Program-made: the position numbers and the translations under genes | Shown here: one piece after another, positions 31,062-40,852 of the stretch | Numbering within the stretch: the stretch's first letter is position 1 | How the letters are laid out: each line of letters opens with the position of its first letter | Notes under the pieces: model-generated | Told to the model about the DNA's origin: nothing | The model's input: the letters and a program-made list of their open reading frames with translations, nothing else | Database searches by the model: none | Virus record (IMG/VR): IMGVR_UViG_3300042945_002143 | Length of the DNA: 64,000 nucleotides | Strand: one strand, 5' to 3' | Source of the DNA: an uncultured virus (IMG/VR IMGVR_UViG_3300042945_002143) | Taxonomy: Duplodnaviria; Heunggongvirae; Uroviricota; Caudoviricetes

Positions 31062-31238
31062 ATGGAAACAGTAGACAAAATCAAAGAATTGACTGAATCT
31101 CTTTCTGTTGATGCTGGTAAATTTTATAGCGGTAACAAGAGTGCCGGTACTAGAGCAAGAAAAACTGCTCAAGAATTGAAAGCGATACTTCAACAGTTTA
31201 GAGGTGAAATTTTACAAGGAAGAAAACAAAATGATTAA
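31062..31238 (+). CDS. Histone H1-like (Hc1-type) small nucleoid protein; absent from the ORF track
   Basis: Hand translation METVDKIKELTESLSVDAGKFYSGNKSAGTRARKTAQELKAILQQFRGEILQGRKQND*. GNKxAGTRARK is the hallmark of the Bacteroidota H1-like family. Confidence 0.8.
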   Translation: METVDKIKELTESLSVDAGKFYSGNKSAGTRARKTAQELKAILQQFRGEILQGRKQND

Positions 31239-31422
31239 TTTAGAAAATTTATTTTTATTTATTTTTGTATTCAGCATTTTAAATGTTTTGAAAATTTCAA
31301 CAGTATTTATAACTTCCCTATTACAAACACCACCTAAAAAGATGGTGTTAGGTAATGGGGAAGCTTTTTTACTACATTTTACATTAACTTATTTTATTAC
31401 ATATATAATACTTTTAGTATGA
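31231..31422 (+). CDS. Small two-TM membrane protein
   Basis: Two hydrophobic helices; ATG at 31231. Confidence 0.6.
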   Translation: MINLENLFLFIFVFSILNVLKISTVFITSLLQTPPKKMVLGNGEAFLLHFTLTYFITYIILLV

Positions 31423-31856
31423 GTTTTTACAAAGAAATTAGCCCAATATTTGAGTACTTACATCAAGTAAGGAAACTTGAAAACTATATTGTTTTTGATG
31501 TTTTATTTTCTAAAACATGGAAAATACCAAAAAAATATATAGTTGAAGATAAATTTTTAAACAATGGAACATTAGAGGATAAATTATATTTATCATTTGT
31601 TTCTGATTTTGATGAAAATAATCTTAACTTGATTCAAAATAATATATTAGGTATTGTTAGATACAATTTAGAAAGAGAGGCTAAAGAAAAATTATTTGAA
31701 GATAGAGTTTCTGAACTTAAAAATATCTTTGATAAAGAAAATTTAGAAAATCTTAAAAAATTAAAATTTGAATTAACACAAAATGTTTTAGTTGACAATG
31801 GACAAAGGCAAGGAAATACAGAAACAACTGGAATCTCTCAACTCATTGAGGAATAA
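31419..31856 (+). CDS. Hypothetical protein
   Basis: 145-aa ORF in operon. Confidence 0.7.
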   Translation: MSFYKEISPIFEYLHQVRKLENYIVFDVLFSKTWKIPKKYIVEDKFLNNGTLEDKLYLSFVSDFDENNLNLIQNNILGIVRYNLEREAKEKLFEDRVSELKNIFDKENLENLKKLKFELTQNVLVDNGQRQGNTETTGISQLIEE

Positions 31857-31989
31857 ACTCAATAAGGATTTAACGATAGAAAAAGAAAAAACTGCAGATT
31901 TTTTTAGAAATTTAAAAAAAGATGATTTGTTTAAACAACCAAAAAAAATAACATTATGGCAGAGGATAAAGAAGGTACTGAACTTTTAG
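31798..31989 (+). CDS. Hypothetical protein
   Basis: C-terminal amphipathic LWQRIKKVL. Confidence 0.55.
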   Translation: MDKGKEIQKQLESLNSLRNKLNKDLTIEKEKTADFFRNLKKDDLFKQPKKITLWQRIKKVLNF

Positions 31990-32171
31990 GTAAATTAGCG
32001 ATAATTGCTGACTCTTCACAAAAAATATTCACTGGTAAGGCTAGTGTTATATTTGAATTAAAAGAACAAGAATATTATCATGTTGTTGCCAATGTTGAAG
32101 GTGATTATGATAAAGAAACATTCAAAATTGACATTTCAGGAACTGATTTCATTTTTATCTTGGATAAGTAG
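31956..32171 (+). CDS. Hypothetical protein
   Basis: 71-aa ORF. Confidence 0.55.
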   Translation: MAEDKEGTELLGKLAIIADSSQKIFTGKASVIFELKEQEYYHVVANVEGDYDKETFKIDISGTDFIFILDK

Positions 32172-32787
32172 TATAACTTGTATACAAAAATTTCTTATTA
32201 AATCCCCGTTCAATCAGTAAGTTATACAGATATTTTCTTTGAATAGTTGAAATGTCTTTAACTATTATCATATTACCTTTATCTCGTAATGTTGTAAATA
32301 CTTCTAATAACCTATCACAATCTTCAGAATTTTTTAAAGAAAATAATTTGTAATCATCGTCATTTTGAAGTATAAATTTATTTTTAAGTTGTGACACCAT
32401 ATATATTTTATCTTTTTTTACATATTGTTTAAAAAAGTCATCAATTGAAATACGGGTATCATTTTTAACGTCATATATTGATTCCTCAACTCTATACGTT
32501 TTAATAGTTTGAATATAATTTGTGTCATCAATTTTAGGGGATATTGTAATATTCCTACCAAATTCATCTAAATAATGGATGTTACCATTAACAAACTTAT
32601 TAGTTATAATTGCAATATGAAAACGACACTCTTTACCCGATTCAAATTTCTTTTCAAAAATTATTTCATTTGATTTTTTAATTAAATTTTCGTAATAATC
32701 TTTTGTTAGTTTTTCTCTCACAAAGGATTTGAGTTTTTTCTTTTTTTTATTATTCTTAAAGATGTATATATGAAATTTATCGTTCAT
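32155..32787 (-). CDS. Hypothetical basic protein
   Basis: 210-aa ORF, divergent from dnaJ. Confidence 0.7.
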   Translation of the reverse strand: MNDKFHIYIFKNNKKKKKLKSFVREKLTKDYYENLIKKSNEIIFEKKFESGKECRFHIAIITNKFVNGNIHYLDEFGRNITISPKIDDTNYIQTIKTYRVEESIYDVKNDTRISIDDFFKQYVKKDKIYMVSQLKNKFILQNDDDYKLFSLKNSEDCDRLLEVFTTLRDKGNMIIVKDISTIQRKYLYNLLIERGFNKKFLYTSYTTYPR

Positions 32788-32825
32788 AGAATATAAATTA
32801 ATAAACTTTTCAAAAATAAAAACAG

Positions 32826-33746
32826 TTGGAAAATTTTTACGATATTTTAGGTGTTACAGAAACGGCATCACAGGATGAAATTAAAAAGGCTTATAGAAAA
32901 AAAGCCGTTGAATCACACCCCGATAAAGGTGGGGATGAAGAAATATTTAAAAAAATATCTGAAGCCTATGATACATTAGGTGATGAACAAAAAAGAAAAG
33001 ATTATGATATAACAAGAAATAATCCTTTTGGTGATATGGGTGGTGACCCGTTCAGTTCATTTGGTGATTTTTTTTCAAATATGAGTGGACAAAAAGTTAG
33101 GAGAGCTCCCGATAAGATTATTGATATACAAATAGGGACTCTTGACTCATTCTTGGGGAAGAATATTGACATAAGATTTCAACGTAAAAATATGTGTAAT
33201 AGTTGTAGCGGACAAGGAGGTGAAAGAAATAGTTGTAATACTTGTAATGGTTCAGGTAGAATAACTCAAAGACTTGGTAATTCATTCTTCTCAAACATTT
33301 TCCAAGTTACTTGTAATAGTTGTAATGGTAAGGGTTATAGTCTTAAAAATGTTTGTTATTCATGTGCTGGCGAAGGTAAAAATAGTGAAATGCAAACCAT
33401 TAATTTAAATATTCCCCATGGTATAAGTGATGGCCAAATGATTAAGGCTTCAGGTTATGGTGATTGGCATGACAGTATGTTTGGAGATGCTATTCTAAAG
33501 GTTCAAGTAGTTGAACAAAATGGTTTTGAAAAACTTAACAATGATTTAGTATATAACTATCAGATGTCTTTGGATGACTTTAATAAAAATAATTTAGATA
33601 TACCACATCCATCAGGAAATTTGAATATTAAATTACCTGAGACTATAGATACACAAAAACCCTTACGTATCAAAGGTAAGGGTTTCAGAAATGAAGGTCT
33701 TGGTGACTTTTATGTTAAGATGTTTGTTAAACACAAGAGAGGATAA
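32826..33746 (+). CDS. dnaJ: DnaJ co-chaperone (type I)
   Basis: J domain with HPD, G/F linker, four CxxCxGxG repeats, C-terminal LRIKGKG; TTG start. Confidence 0.92.
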   Translation: MENFYDILGVTETASQDEIKKAYRKKAVESHPDKGGDEEIFKKISEAYDTLGDEQKRKDYDITRNNPFGDMGGDPFSSFGDFFSNMSGQKVRRAPDKIIDIQIGTLDSFLGKNIDIRFQRKNMCNSCSGQGGERNSCNTCNGSGRITQRLGNSFFSNIFQVTCNSCNGKGYSLKNVCYSCAGEGKNSEMQTINLNIPHGISDGQMIKASGYGDWHDSMFGDAILKVQVVEQNGFEKLNNDLVYNYQMSLDDFNKNNLDIPHPSGNLNIKLPETIDTQKPLRIKGKGFRNEGLGDFYVKMFVKHKRG

Positions 33747-33748
33747 AC

Positions 33749-34135
33749 TTATTCGTCTATCTCTGTTAGATACATCCAAGCGTAATCGTTGTATTCAATT
33801 GCGATGAATATATATCCTTGAGTTTCTGACGGCCCCATATGGAAGTTACAGTTACCACCTTGTGAATCTAACATTCTGTAAGTGATATATGAATCTTCGT
33901 CACTTAGTTTGGTTACTACACGATATACTTGGATTTGTTGACTAAAAATGGTTACTTTGTCGTCCTCAAGTTTAATCAGGATGTCTACGGATGTTGGTGA
34001 ACCGTTCCATACGATTTCGTTATTTGTGTCTCTATAACCTGTATAGAGTTCTACGGCTTTAGCAAAACCTACTTCTTGAGAGAATGATAATAGTGTTGAA
34101 AGAACTAAAAAGACTGATAAGATAAATTTTTTCAT
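33749..34135 (-). CDS. Secreted hypothetical protein
   Basis: Signal peptide MKKFILSVFLVLSTLLSFS|Q. Confidence 0.7.
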   Translation of the reverse strand: MKKFILSVFLVLSTLLSFSQEVGFAKAVELYTGYRDTNNEIVWNGSPTSVDILIKLEDDKVTIFSQQIQVYRVVTKLSDEDSYITYRMLDSQGGNCNFHMGPSETQGYIFIAIEYNDYAWMYLTEIDE

Positions 34136-34206
34136 TGTGTATATTTTTTTGTAAAGATACTATATTCTATGGATTTATGAAATAAATATTGTTATTTTTT
34201 TTAGGT

Positions 34207-36813
34207 ATGAAGAAAATATTATTTATAGTCCCACACCTATCTACTGGGGGACTACCACAGGTTACTACGAATAAGATTCAACTTCTTAAAGACGATTATA
34301 TTATAAAGTGTGTTGAATACGGGTGTTATTCTTGGGATTTTGTTGTTCAGAAGAACAGAATTAAAAATATGATTGGTGAGGACAATCTTATTACTCTATG
34401 GGATGATAAGAATGTTTTAATTGATGTTATTAACGATTTCCAACCTGACATTATATCAATGGAGGAGTTCCCTGAATTTTTCATGGACAATAACATTACA
34501 AGACAAATTTATAGACAAAATCGTCCATATAAAATATTTGAAACCACACACGATTCAAGTTTTAAACCAACATCTAAGGTTTGGTTTCCTGACAAGTTTA
34601 TCTTTGTTAGTGTGTTTAATGCTATTCAGTATTCAATGTTTGACATACCTTATGAGGTAATTGAGTATCCTATTGAAAACAGAGAAAAAAGAAAGAACAT
34701 GCTCCAAGAAAAACTTGGGTTCGATAAAGGGTGGAAACATGTTGTTAATGTTGGGTTATTCACTGAAAGAAAAAATCAAAAATACATTTTTGAAATTGCT
34801 CGTAAGTTAGAAAATAGTAAAATTAAATTTCATTTCATTGGAAATCAGGCAGATAACTTTAGAAGTTATTGGGAACCACTGATGAATAACAAACCTGAAA
34901 ACTGTATTATTTGGGGTGAAAAGGATAATGTAAATGAATTTTTGGAAGCGTCCGATTTGTTTATGTTCCCATCAAAAGGGGATAGAAATAATAAAGAATT
35001 AAATCCAATTGCCATTAAGGAGGCTATTGAATATGGTATTCCTATGATGATGTATAATTTGGATGTGTATTGTGGAAAATATGATAAACTACCTCAAGTT
35101 ACATTTTTAACTGGAGATATAGATAAAGATGTAAATAATATGATGGATGTATTAAATGTTGGGGGTATTGACTCTCTTTTCAGTTTTGATTTTAATGGTG
35201 ATAATAATCAGATTACCATTAACTATACCGGCAATAAAAAGTTTGATTTTAATGTTAGTATTAGAGACATAACTTCAAAGGCTCCGATGTATTGGTTTAA
35301 TTTACCTTTGGAATACCCAATATTTTATTGGACAATGCCTATCCCAATTCATATTAAAAAATTCAAAGACAATCCTAACTTTAGAGGATTTTTAGTTGAG
35401 TTCTATGATGTGGAAACAAACGAATTAGTTTTTGGTCAAGAGTTAATTGTTAATCCTAATTTCTACCCAAGAATACCTGAATTTAAATTTAAACCTTTGG
35501 ATTGTAATTACATTAACTATTATGAGTTTTTTGTTGATAGATGTTTTGATGATTTAAAGTTAGAAAATCTTGATACTGTAATTGATATTGGTGCTAATGT
35601 TGGGTTATTCGCTAAGTACATGTATACCATAAATGCTAAAAAAGTTATTTTAGTTGAGGCAAATCCATACCTAAGGGAAAGTATTGAATATCATTTAGAT
35701 GGTGATTTATCTAAATCAACCATTTATATGAACCCTGTTTACAAGGAACATACCAAGATTGATTTCAGATTTTCAAAAGAAAATTCAACTATTGGGTCAA
35801 ATGTTTTTGACGGTAATGTGGGAGAATATGGTCAACTTAACAATTTAATTAGTTGTGACACTATTACTATTGATGATATCTACAAAGATAATGACTATGG
35901 TAGAATATCATTATTTAAATGTGATATTGAGGGTGGTGAATACCCAATTTTTGAATCAATTACTGATGAACAGATTGGATTGGTGGATAGATTTATGATT
36001 GAGTTTCATGAAAATACCAATGGACAAATTAATATCATACTTGAAAAACTTGAAAAAAATGATTTTGAATATGATATTATCATTTATGAAATGGGACGTA
36101 AAACTAAAGCGGATAAAAACGCTAAACATGGAGTAATCTTTGCTAAACCTAAAAATAAAGTTAACAATGACATTTTAGATTTTTCACAAAACAATGAACA
36201 GGAAATAATTCTATCATTTTTTGATGGGGAAGACCCAAAAACAAATAAATTTTTAGATATTGGTGCGAATGACGGTAAAACATTTTCAAATACACACGCG
36301 CTTGCATTATTAGGATGGGATGGAGTTTGTGTTGAACCTACCCAAACTGCTTTTTTAAAATTACAGAATTTATATAAAAAAAATAAAAATATTAAATGTA
36401 TTAATGCGGGTGTTTCAAATAAAACAGATGTGATAAATATACATGAAAGTTTGAACTGGGATGTGAGCGATGCTCCGCAGGGAATATTATCTACTATACA
36501 TCCTGAAAATAAAGAAAGATTTATTGGAATGAGTTGGAAAGAAAATCAAATAATAGTATACAATTTTAATGATATTGTTGAATATTATGATTTAGAAAAA
36601 GATACCTATGATTTCATTAATATTGACGTTGAAGGGCATGAATTAATTGTAATAGATGAAATACAAAATAAATTAAAAAAATGTAGATTATTGTGTGTTG
36701 AAAAAACTAATGATGAAAATAGTAATCAAAAAATAATACAAAAACTACATGAATTTGGATTTACAATTACGCATACAACAACTGATAATTATATTGCTAA
36801 AAAAATAAAATAA
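34207..36813 (+). CDS. GT4-type glycosyltransferase fused to two FkbM-family methyltransferase domains
   Basis: PHLSTGG, NVGLFTERKNQ, ASDLFMFPS...ELNPIAIKEA; then IDIGANVG...KCDIEGGE and LDIGANDG...IDVEGHE. Confidence 0.85.
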   Translation: MKKILFIVPHLSTGGLPQVTTNKIQLLKDDYIIKCVEYGCYSWDFVVQKNRIKNMIGEDNLITLWDDKNVLIDVINDFQPDIISMEEFPEFFMDNNITRQIYRQNRPYKIFETTHDSSFKPTSKVWFPDKFIFVSVFNAIQYSMFDIPYEVIEYPIENREKRKNMLQEKLGFDKGWKHVVNVGLFTERKNQKYIFEIARKLENSKIKFHFIGNQADNFRSYWEPLMNNKPENCIIWGEKDNVNEFLEASDLFMFPSKGDRNNKELNPIAIKEAIEYGIPMMMYNLDVYCGKYDKLPQVTFLTGDIDKDVNNMMDVLNVGGIDSLFSFDFNGDNNQITINYTGNKKFDFNVSIRDITSKAPMYWFNLPLEYPIFYWTMPIPIHIKKFKDNPNFRGFLVEFYDVETNELVFGQELIVNPNFYPRIPEFKFKPLDCNYINYYEFFVDRCFDDLKLENLDTVIDIGANVGLFAKYMYTINAKKVILVEANPYLRESIEYHLDGDLSKSTIYMNPVYKEHTKIDFRFSKENSTIGSNVFDGNVGEYGQLNNLISCDTITIDDIYKDNDYGRISLFKCDIEGGEYPIFESITDEQIGLVDRFMIEFHENTNGQINIILEKLEKNDFEYDIIIYEMGRKTKADKNAKHGVIFAKPKNKVNNDILDFSQNNEQEIILSFFDGEDPKTNKFLDIGANDGKTFSNTHALALLGWDGVCVEPTQTAFLKLQNLYKKNKNIKCINAGVSNKTDVINIHESLNWDVSDAPQGILSTIHPENKERFIGMSWKENQIIVYNFNDIVEYYDLEKDTYDFINIDVEGHELIVIDEIQNKLKKCRLLCVEKTNDENSNQKIIQKLHEFGFTITHTTTDNYIAKKIK

Positions 36814-36814
36814 T

Positions 36815-37468
36815 ATGAAATTAAGAACACCTGGTACATTGTCATCATCGGTTTACGATGTCACAAAAAAATTTGAAGAACAATTAGCTGAATATGCTGG
36901 TGCACCATATGCTGTTACAGTTGATAATCAAAGTAACGCTTTATTTTTAGCGTTGTATTATGAGAAAATTAATGGTAAAACAATTAAAATACCAAGTAGA
37001 ACATACCCGTCAGTACCTTGCGAGATTATCCACGCTGGAGGTAAAGTCGAGTTTGAACCTGTTTATGGGTCAACATTAAAAGGAGCGTATCAACTATCAC
37101 CAACAAATGTTTGGGATTCGGCATTAAGATTTACAAGTGATATGTATATACCAGGAACACATATGTGTTTATCATTTACAGGCCCATATAAACACTTAAA
37201 ACTTGGTAAAGGTGGTGCAATCTTAACTGACGATTTTGAGGCTTACAAGTGGTTTAAACGAGCGAGATATTCAGGTAGGAATGAAGTATCGTATCATGAT
37301 GATAATTTTGATATGTTAGGATGGAATTTTTACATGATGCCTGAAATTGCTTCAAGAGGTTTATTACTTATGAATCAATTTTATAACATGGATGGTACAC
37401 CTAAACATAATGAAGATTTGGAACTACCATATCCTGACTTATCAAAATTTGAAATATATAAAAAATAA
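36815..37468 (+). CDS. DegT/DnrJ/EryC1/StrS PLP-dependent sugar aminotransferase (short form)
   Basis: FEEQLAEY, DSA, SFTGPYKHLKLGKGGAILTDD, GWNFYM. Confidence 0.85.
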   Translation: MKLRTPGTLSSSVYDVTKKFEEQLAEYAGAPYAVTVDNQSNALFLALYYEKINGKTIKIPSRTYPSVPCEIIHAGGKVEFEPVYGSTLKGAYQLSPTNVWDSALRFTSDMYIPGTHMCLSFTGPYKHLKLGKGGAILTDDFEAYKWFKRARYSGRNEVSYHDDNFDMLGWNFYMMPEIASRGLLLMNQFYNMDGTPKHNEDLELPYPDLSKFEIYKK

Positions 37469-38031
37469 TGGGATTTTATAGTAAAAATGAGTTGGTCGAA
37501 ATAGGTTTCAAATCTATTGGGGATAATGTTTTAATTTCTAATAGATGTTCAATTTATAATCCTAAAAATATTGAATTGGGTAATAATGTTAGAATTGATG
37601 ATTTTTGTGTGATAAGTGCTGGTAATGGAGGAATTAAGTTAGGTAATAATGTCCATATTGCAATTTTCTGTAGTTTAATGGGTAATGAAGAAATTGTAAT
37701 GAAAGATTTTTCAGGACTATCTTCTAGAGTATCCATATATACATCAACAGATGATTATAGTGGGGAATTCATGACAAATCCCACAGTTAATAAAGAATTT
37801 ACAAATGTGATTTCAGGTAAAGTCATATTAGGTAAACATGTTATTATTGGTGCGGGTACTATAATATTACCAAATGTTGAGATTGAAGATTATAGTGCTA
37901 TAGGTAGTTTATCATTAGTAAATAAAAACATATCTGAGTCTAAAATTGCGGTTGGAATACCGGCTAAAGAAATAAAGGATAGAAAAAAAAATATAATAAA
38001 TTTAGAATGCGAGTATCTGAAAAAATTTTAA
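37468..38031 (+). CDS. Hexapeptide-repeat sugar N-acyltransferase (VioB-like)
   Basis: MGFYSKNEL..IGFKSIGDNVLIS, IDDFCVIS, STDDYSG, VGIPAK. Confidence 0.85.
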   Translation: MGFYSKNELVEIGFKSIGDNVLISNRCSIYNPKNIELGNNVRIDDFCVISAGNGGIKLGNNVHIAIFCSLMGNEEIVMKDFSGLSSRVSIYTSTDDYSGEFMTNPTVNKEFTNVISGKVILGKHVIIGAGTIILPNVEIEDYSAIGSLSLVNKNISESKIAVGIPAKEIKDRKKNIINLECEYLKKF

Positions 38032-38375
38032 TTTCTGAAGATATGGTTAAAGATTTCTCTGAGTTATCAGGAGATAAAAACCCAATACACTTAGATGAGG
38101 AATACGCTAAATCAACTATTTTTGGTAAAAGAGTTGCTCACGGGATGTTATTAAGTTCCTTTTTTTCAAGATTGATATCTGAAGTATATCCTGGTAAGGG
38201 TTCAATATATCTACAACAAAATTTGATTTTTAAAAACCCTTGTTTTATTAATGATGAAATTGAGGTGATTGTAGAACTTGATAAAAAAGACGGAAATAAG
38301 TTTTTTTTAAAAACAATAATTTTTAAAGATGATGAAATTTTAATTGAGGGGAATGCAATAATTCTAAAAAAATAA
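38007..38375 (+). CDS. MaoC-family (R)-specific enoyl-CoA hydratase
   Basis: FSELSGDKNPIHLDEEYA...FGKRVAHGML...PGKGSIYLQQNL.F..P. Confidence 0.88.
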   Translation: MRVSEKILISEDMVKDFSELSGDKNPIHLDEEYAKSTIFGKRVAHGMLLSSFFSRLISEVYPGKGSIYLQQNLIFKNPCFINDEIEVIVELDKKDGNKFFLKTIIFKDDEILIEGNAIILKK

Positions 38376-38387
38376 TAGGGATAAATA

Positions 38388-40124
38388 ATGAAAAAAATAC
38401 TTACGGTAGTAGTACCATCTTATAATTTTGAAAAATATATTGAAGAGTGTATTGATTCAATATACTCTCAAAAAATTAATTATGGGTTTGATGTGATAGT
38501 AAGGGATGATGGGTCGACAGATAATACTAAAGATGTTTTAATTAAATTAAAAGAAAAATACCCTAATTTAATAATTTTAAATGGTGATACTAATTTAGGA
38601 GGTTTTGAAAATATTAGAACTTTATTAAATTACTGTAAAACAAAATACATTGCTTATATTGACGGAGATGATTATTTTGATAATTATACAATCTTAAATG
38701 AAGAAGTTGAATTTTTAGAGAACAGTCCAAATTATAGTATGGTTTGTACAGGAACAAGATATTTGCATCCCGATGGTACCAAGATACCTACAGTTCCTGA
38801 ATTGTTTATTAGTTCATTTCTTGACGATATAACTACAGATGATTTATTAACTATTAATCATGCATCTTTTGCGAGGGTATTTAGAAACATACCAAATTTA
38901 ATTAAAGATTATTTTACAAATTTACCTTATGTTGATTGGCCGCTTAATTATGAAATTAGTAAACACGGTTTAATTAAGTGTATTCATAAATGTGGGGGAA
39001 TTTATCGAATATCAAATGATGGTATGTTTTCAAATATTTCGGAAGAAGAAAAAAACAAAAAAAACATAATAGTTTCTAATGAACTCAAAAGACAAAATAT
39101 TAAAGATGAATTTAAAACAATAACAATAGTCGATTGTTTTATCCATAATGAAAATGTTTTAAATAAGTTGGAGTTATGTATTAATAACTTAAAAAAGTAT
39201 AACCATACAATACTTCTTGTGTCTAATACTATTGTTCCTGAACATATATTAAAAATTGTTGATTATCATTTATATAACTCAAATAACATTCTTTTTGAAG
39301 GTGAATACACTAATTCCGAACCAGTTATTTTTTGGAAAAACCTTGGTTCATTAACAACTCATGAAGTTACAAATACAATACAAAAACATGGATTACCTGT
39401 TATGGTTAATTTGTTTAACTCATTAGATTTGTGTAAGTCATTTGGGTTTACACATTTCCAAAGAATTGAAGTTGATGATTTATATAGTGAAGAAGGTTAT
39501 GAATATATGACAACTGTACCAGTGATTTGTTCTACTCAAAACAAAAAGGGAATGTTTTATTTTAATGAAGGTAGAGATGTTTCGTTCCATTATTTTTATT
39601 GTGAAATAGAATACTTCCAACAGATAATTAATAGGATTAATTGTGAGGAAGATTATAAAAATTATTTACAAAATAATGGGTATGGTACTGACTTTATAAA
39701 TGTTGAAAAATATCTTTATGATAACATAAATAGAAAAGATTATGGGTTAATAATTCGAAAAGACGGAGAAGTTGATATGAACACTGATTTCCAAAATACC
39801 TTATGGAATACGGAAACAACTGTTAGTAATGTATCTTCAAAATTCAAAGGATGTTCTACAAAACTTTATAATATGTCAGGACAAAATTCTATAATGTTAT
39901 TATCCTACAATTACAATCATTTTAGGTCGGAAAGAAAAATAGTTGTTAACTATATTGATGGTAGTTTAGAAACTGTGTATCATGGGTTAGAAAATTATGG
40001 ACATTGGTCATTTAATATTTTTGAAAATAAAGTTGAAAAAATATCAGTGTACGATACTCAAGATGATGAATTTTTATATGATTTTATAAATAAAAATATT
40101 CTTGATTATATTGTTTTTATATGA
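38388..40124 (+). CDS. GT2 glycosyltransferase fused to an uncharacterised C-terminal domain
   Basis: VVVPSYN, RDDGSTD, IAYIDGDD. Confidence 0.85.
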   Translation: MKKILTVVVPSYNFEKYIEECIDSIYSQKINYGFDVIVRDDGSTDNTKDVLIKLKEKYPNLIILNGDTNLGGFENIRTLLNYCKTKYIAYIDGDDYFDNYTILNEEVEFLENSPNYSMVCTGTRYLHPDGTKIPTVPELFISSFLDDITTDDLLTINHASFARVFRNIPNLIKDYFTNLPYVDWPLNYEISKHGLIKCIHKCGGIYRISNDGMFSNISEEEKNKKNIIVSNELKRQNIKDEFKTITIVDCFIHNENVLNKLELCINNLKKYNHTILLVSNTIVPEHILKIVDYHLYNSNNILFEGEYTNSEPVIFWKNLGSLTTHEVTNTIQKHGLPVMVNLFNSLDLCKSFGFTHFQRIEVDDLYSEEGYEYMTTVPVICSTQNKKGMFYFNEGRDVSFHYFYCEIEYFQQIINRINCEEDYKNYLQNNGYGTDFINVEKYLYDNINRKDYGLIIRKDGEVDMNTDFQNTLWNTETTVSNVSSKFKGCSTKLYNMSGQNSIMLLSYNYNHFRSERKIVVNYIDGSLETVYHGLENYGHWSFNIFENKVEKISVYDTQDDEFLYDFINKNILDYIVFI

Positions 40125-40840
40125 AATATAAAATTAAATTAGTTCATTTACAGACAACACAAAATGAACACAGAGAAAAACTATCACGAAAATCTGTACA
40201 GCAAGTAATACCTTATGGTATTGAATATGTTTTACATCAAAATGAATTATATACTTCATTACCTCCAGTTCATACCAGTGTTAGACCACATAATGTTAGA
40301 ATGGGTAAATATGAAGATGTTAATGACCCTGAATACGGTAATGCGTTAACACCTGCTCACTACGGATGTTTTGAGGCATTTAAAATTGGAATCTTATCAG
40401 AATTTGATAACGATTTAGACTTCTTAATTGTATGTGAAGGTGATTGTATTATAGAAGTTCCGATTGAGGAGTTTATAGATAAAGTTAATCAAGTATGTAG
40501 TATTGTTAATCAGGAAGATATTTCTTATTTTTCATTTGGTGACACTAAAACTTTGGATTATGGATGGCATCAGTCTGACGTAGCTAGAGAAATACCAAAT
40601 CAAGATTTATTGTTTATTACAAATAAAATAATTGGTTTACAATGTATTATGTTTTCAAAAAAATCACGTAAAACAATTATGAACCAGTTAAGAACACATA
40701 GATGGGACTGTGCTGACACATTTTTTAATATTATATGTGCGGAACAGAGATTAAATATGGGTGTTCTAAAGAAGAGAATAACGACTCAAGCGGATGGTGA
40801 GTCGTTTATTGATAAAGAAAATAAAATATTTTTAAAATAA
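40121..40840 (+). CDS. GT-A fold glycosyltransferase (GT25-like)
   Basis: LTPAHYGCFEAF, LIVCEGDC. Confidence 0.55.
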   Translation: MKYKIKLVHLQTTQNEHREKLSRKSVQQVIPYGIEYVLHQNELYTSLPPVHTSVRPHNVRMGKYEDVNDPEYGNALTPAHYGCFEAFKIGILSEFDNDLDFLIVCEGDCIIEVPIEEFIDKVNQVCSIVNQEDISYFSFGDTKTLDYGWHQSDVAREIPNQDLLFITNKIIGLQCIMFSKKSRKTIMNQLRTHRWDCADTFFNIICAEQRLNMGVLKKRITTQADGESFIDKENKIFLK

Positions 40841-40852
40841 ATTAAAAATATT

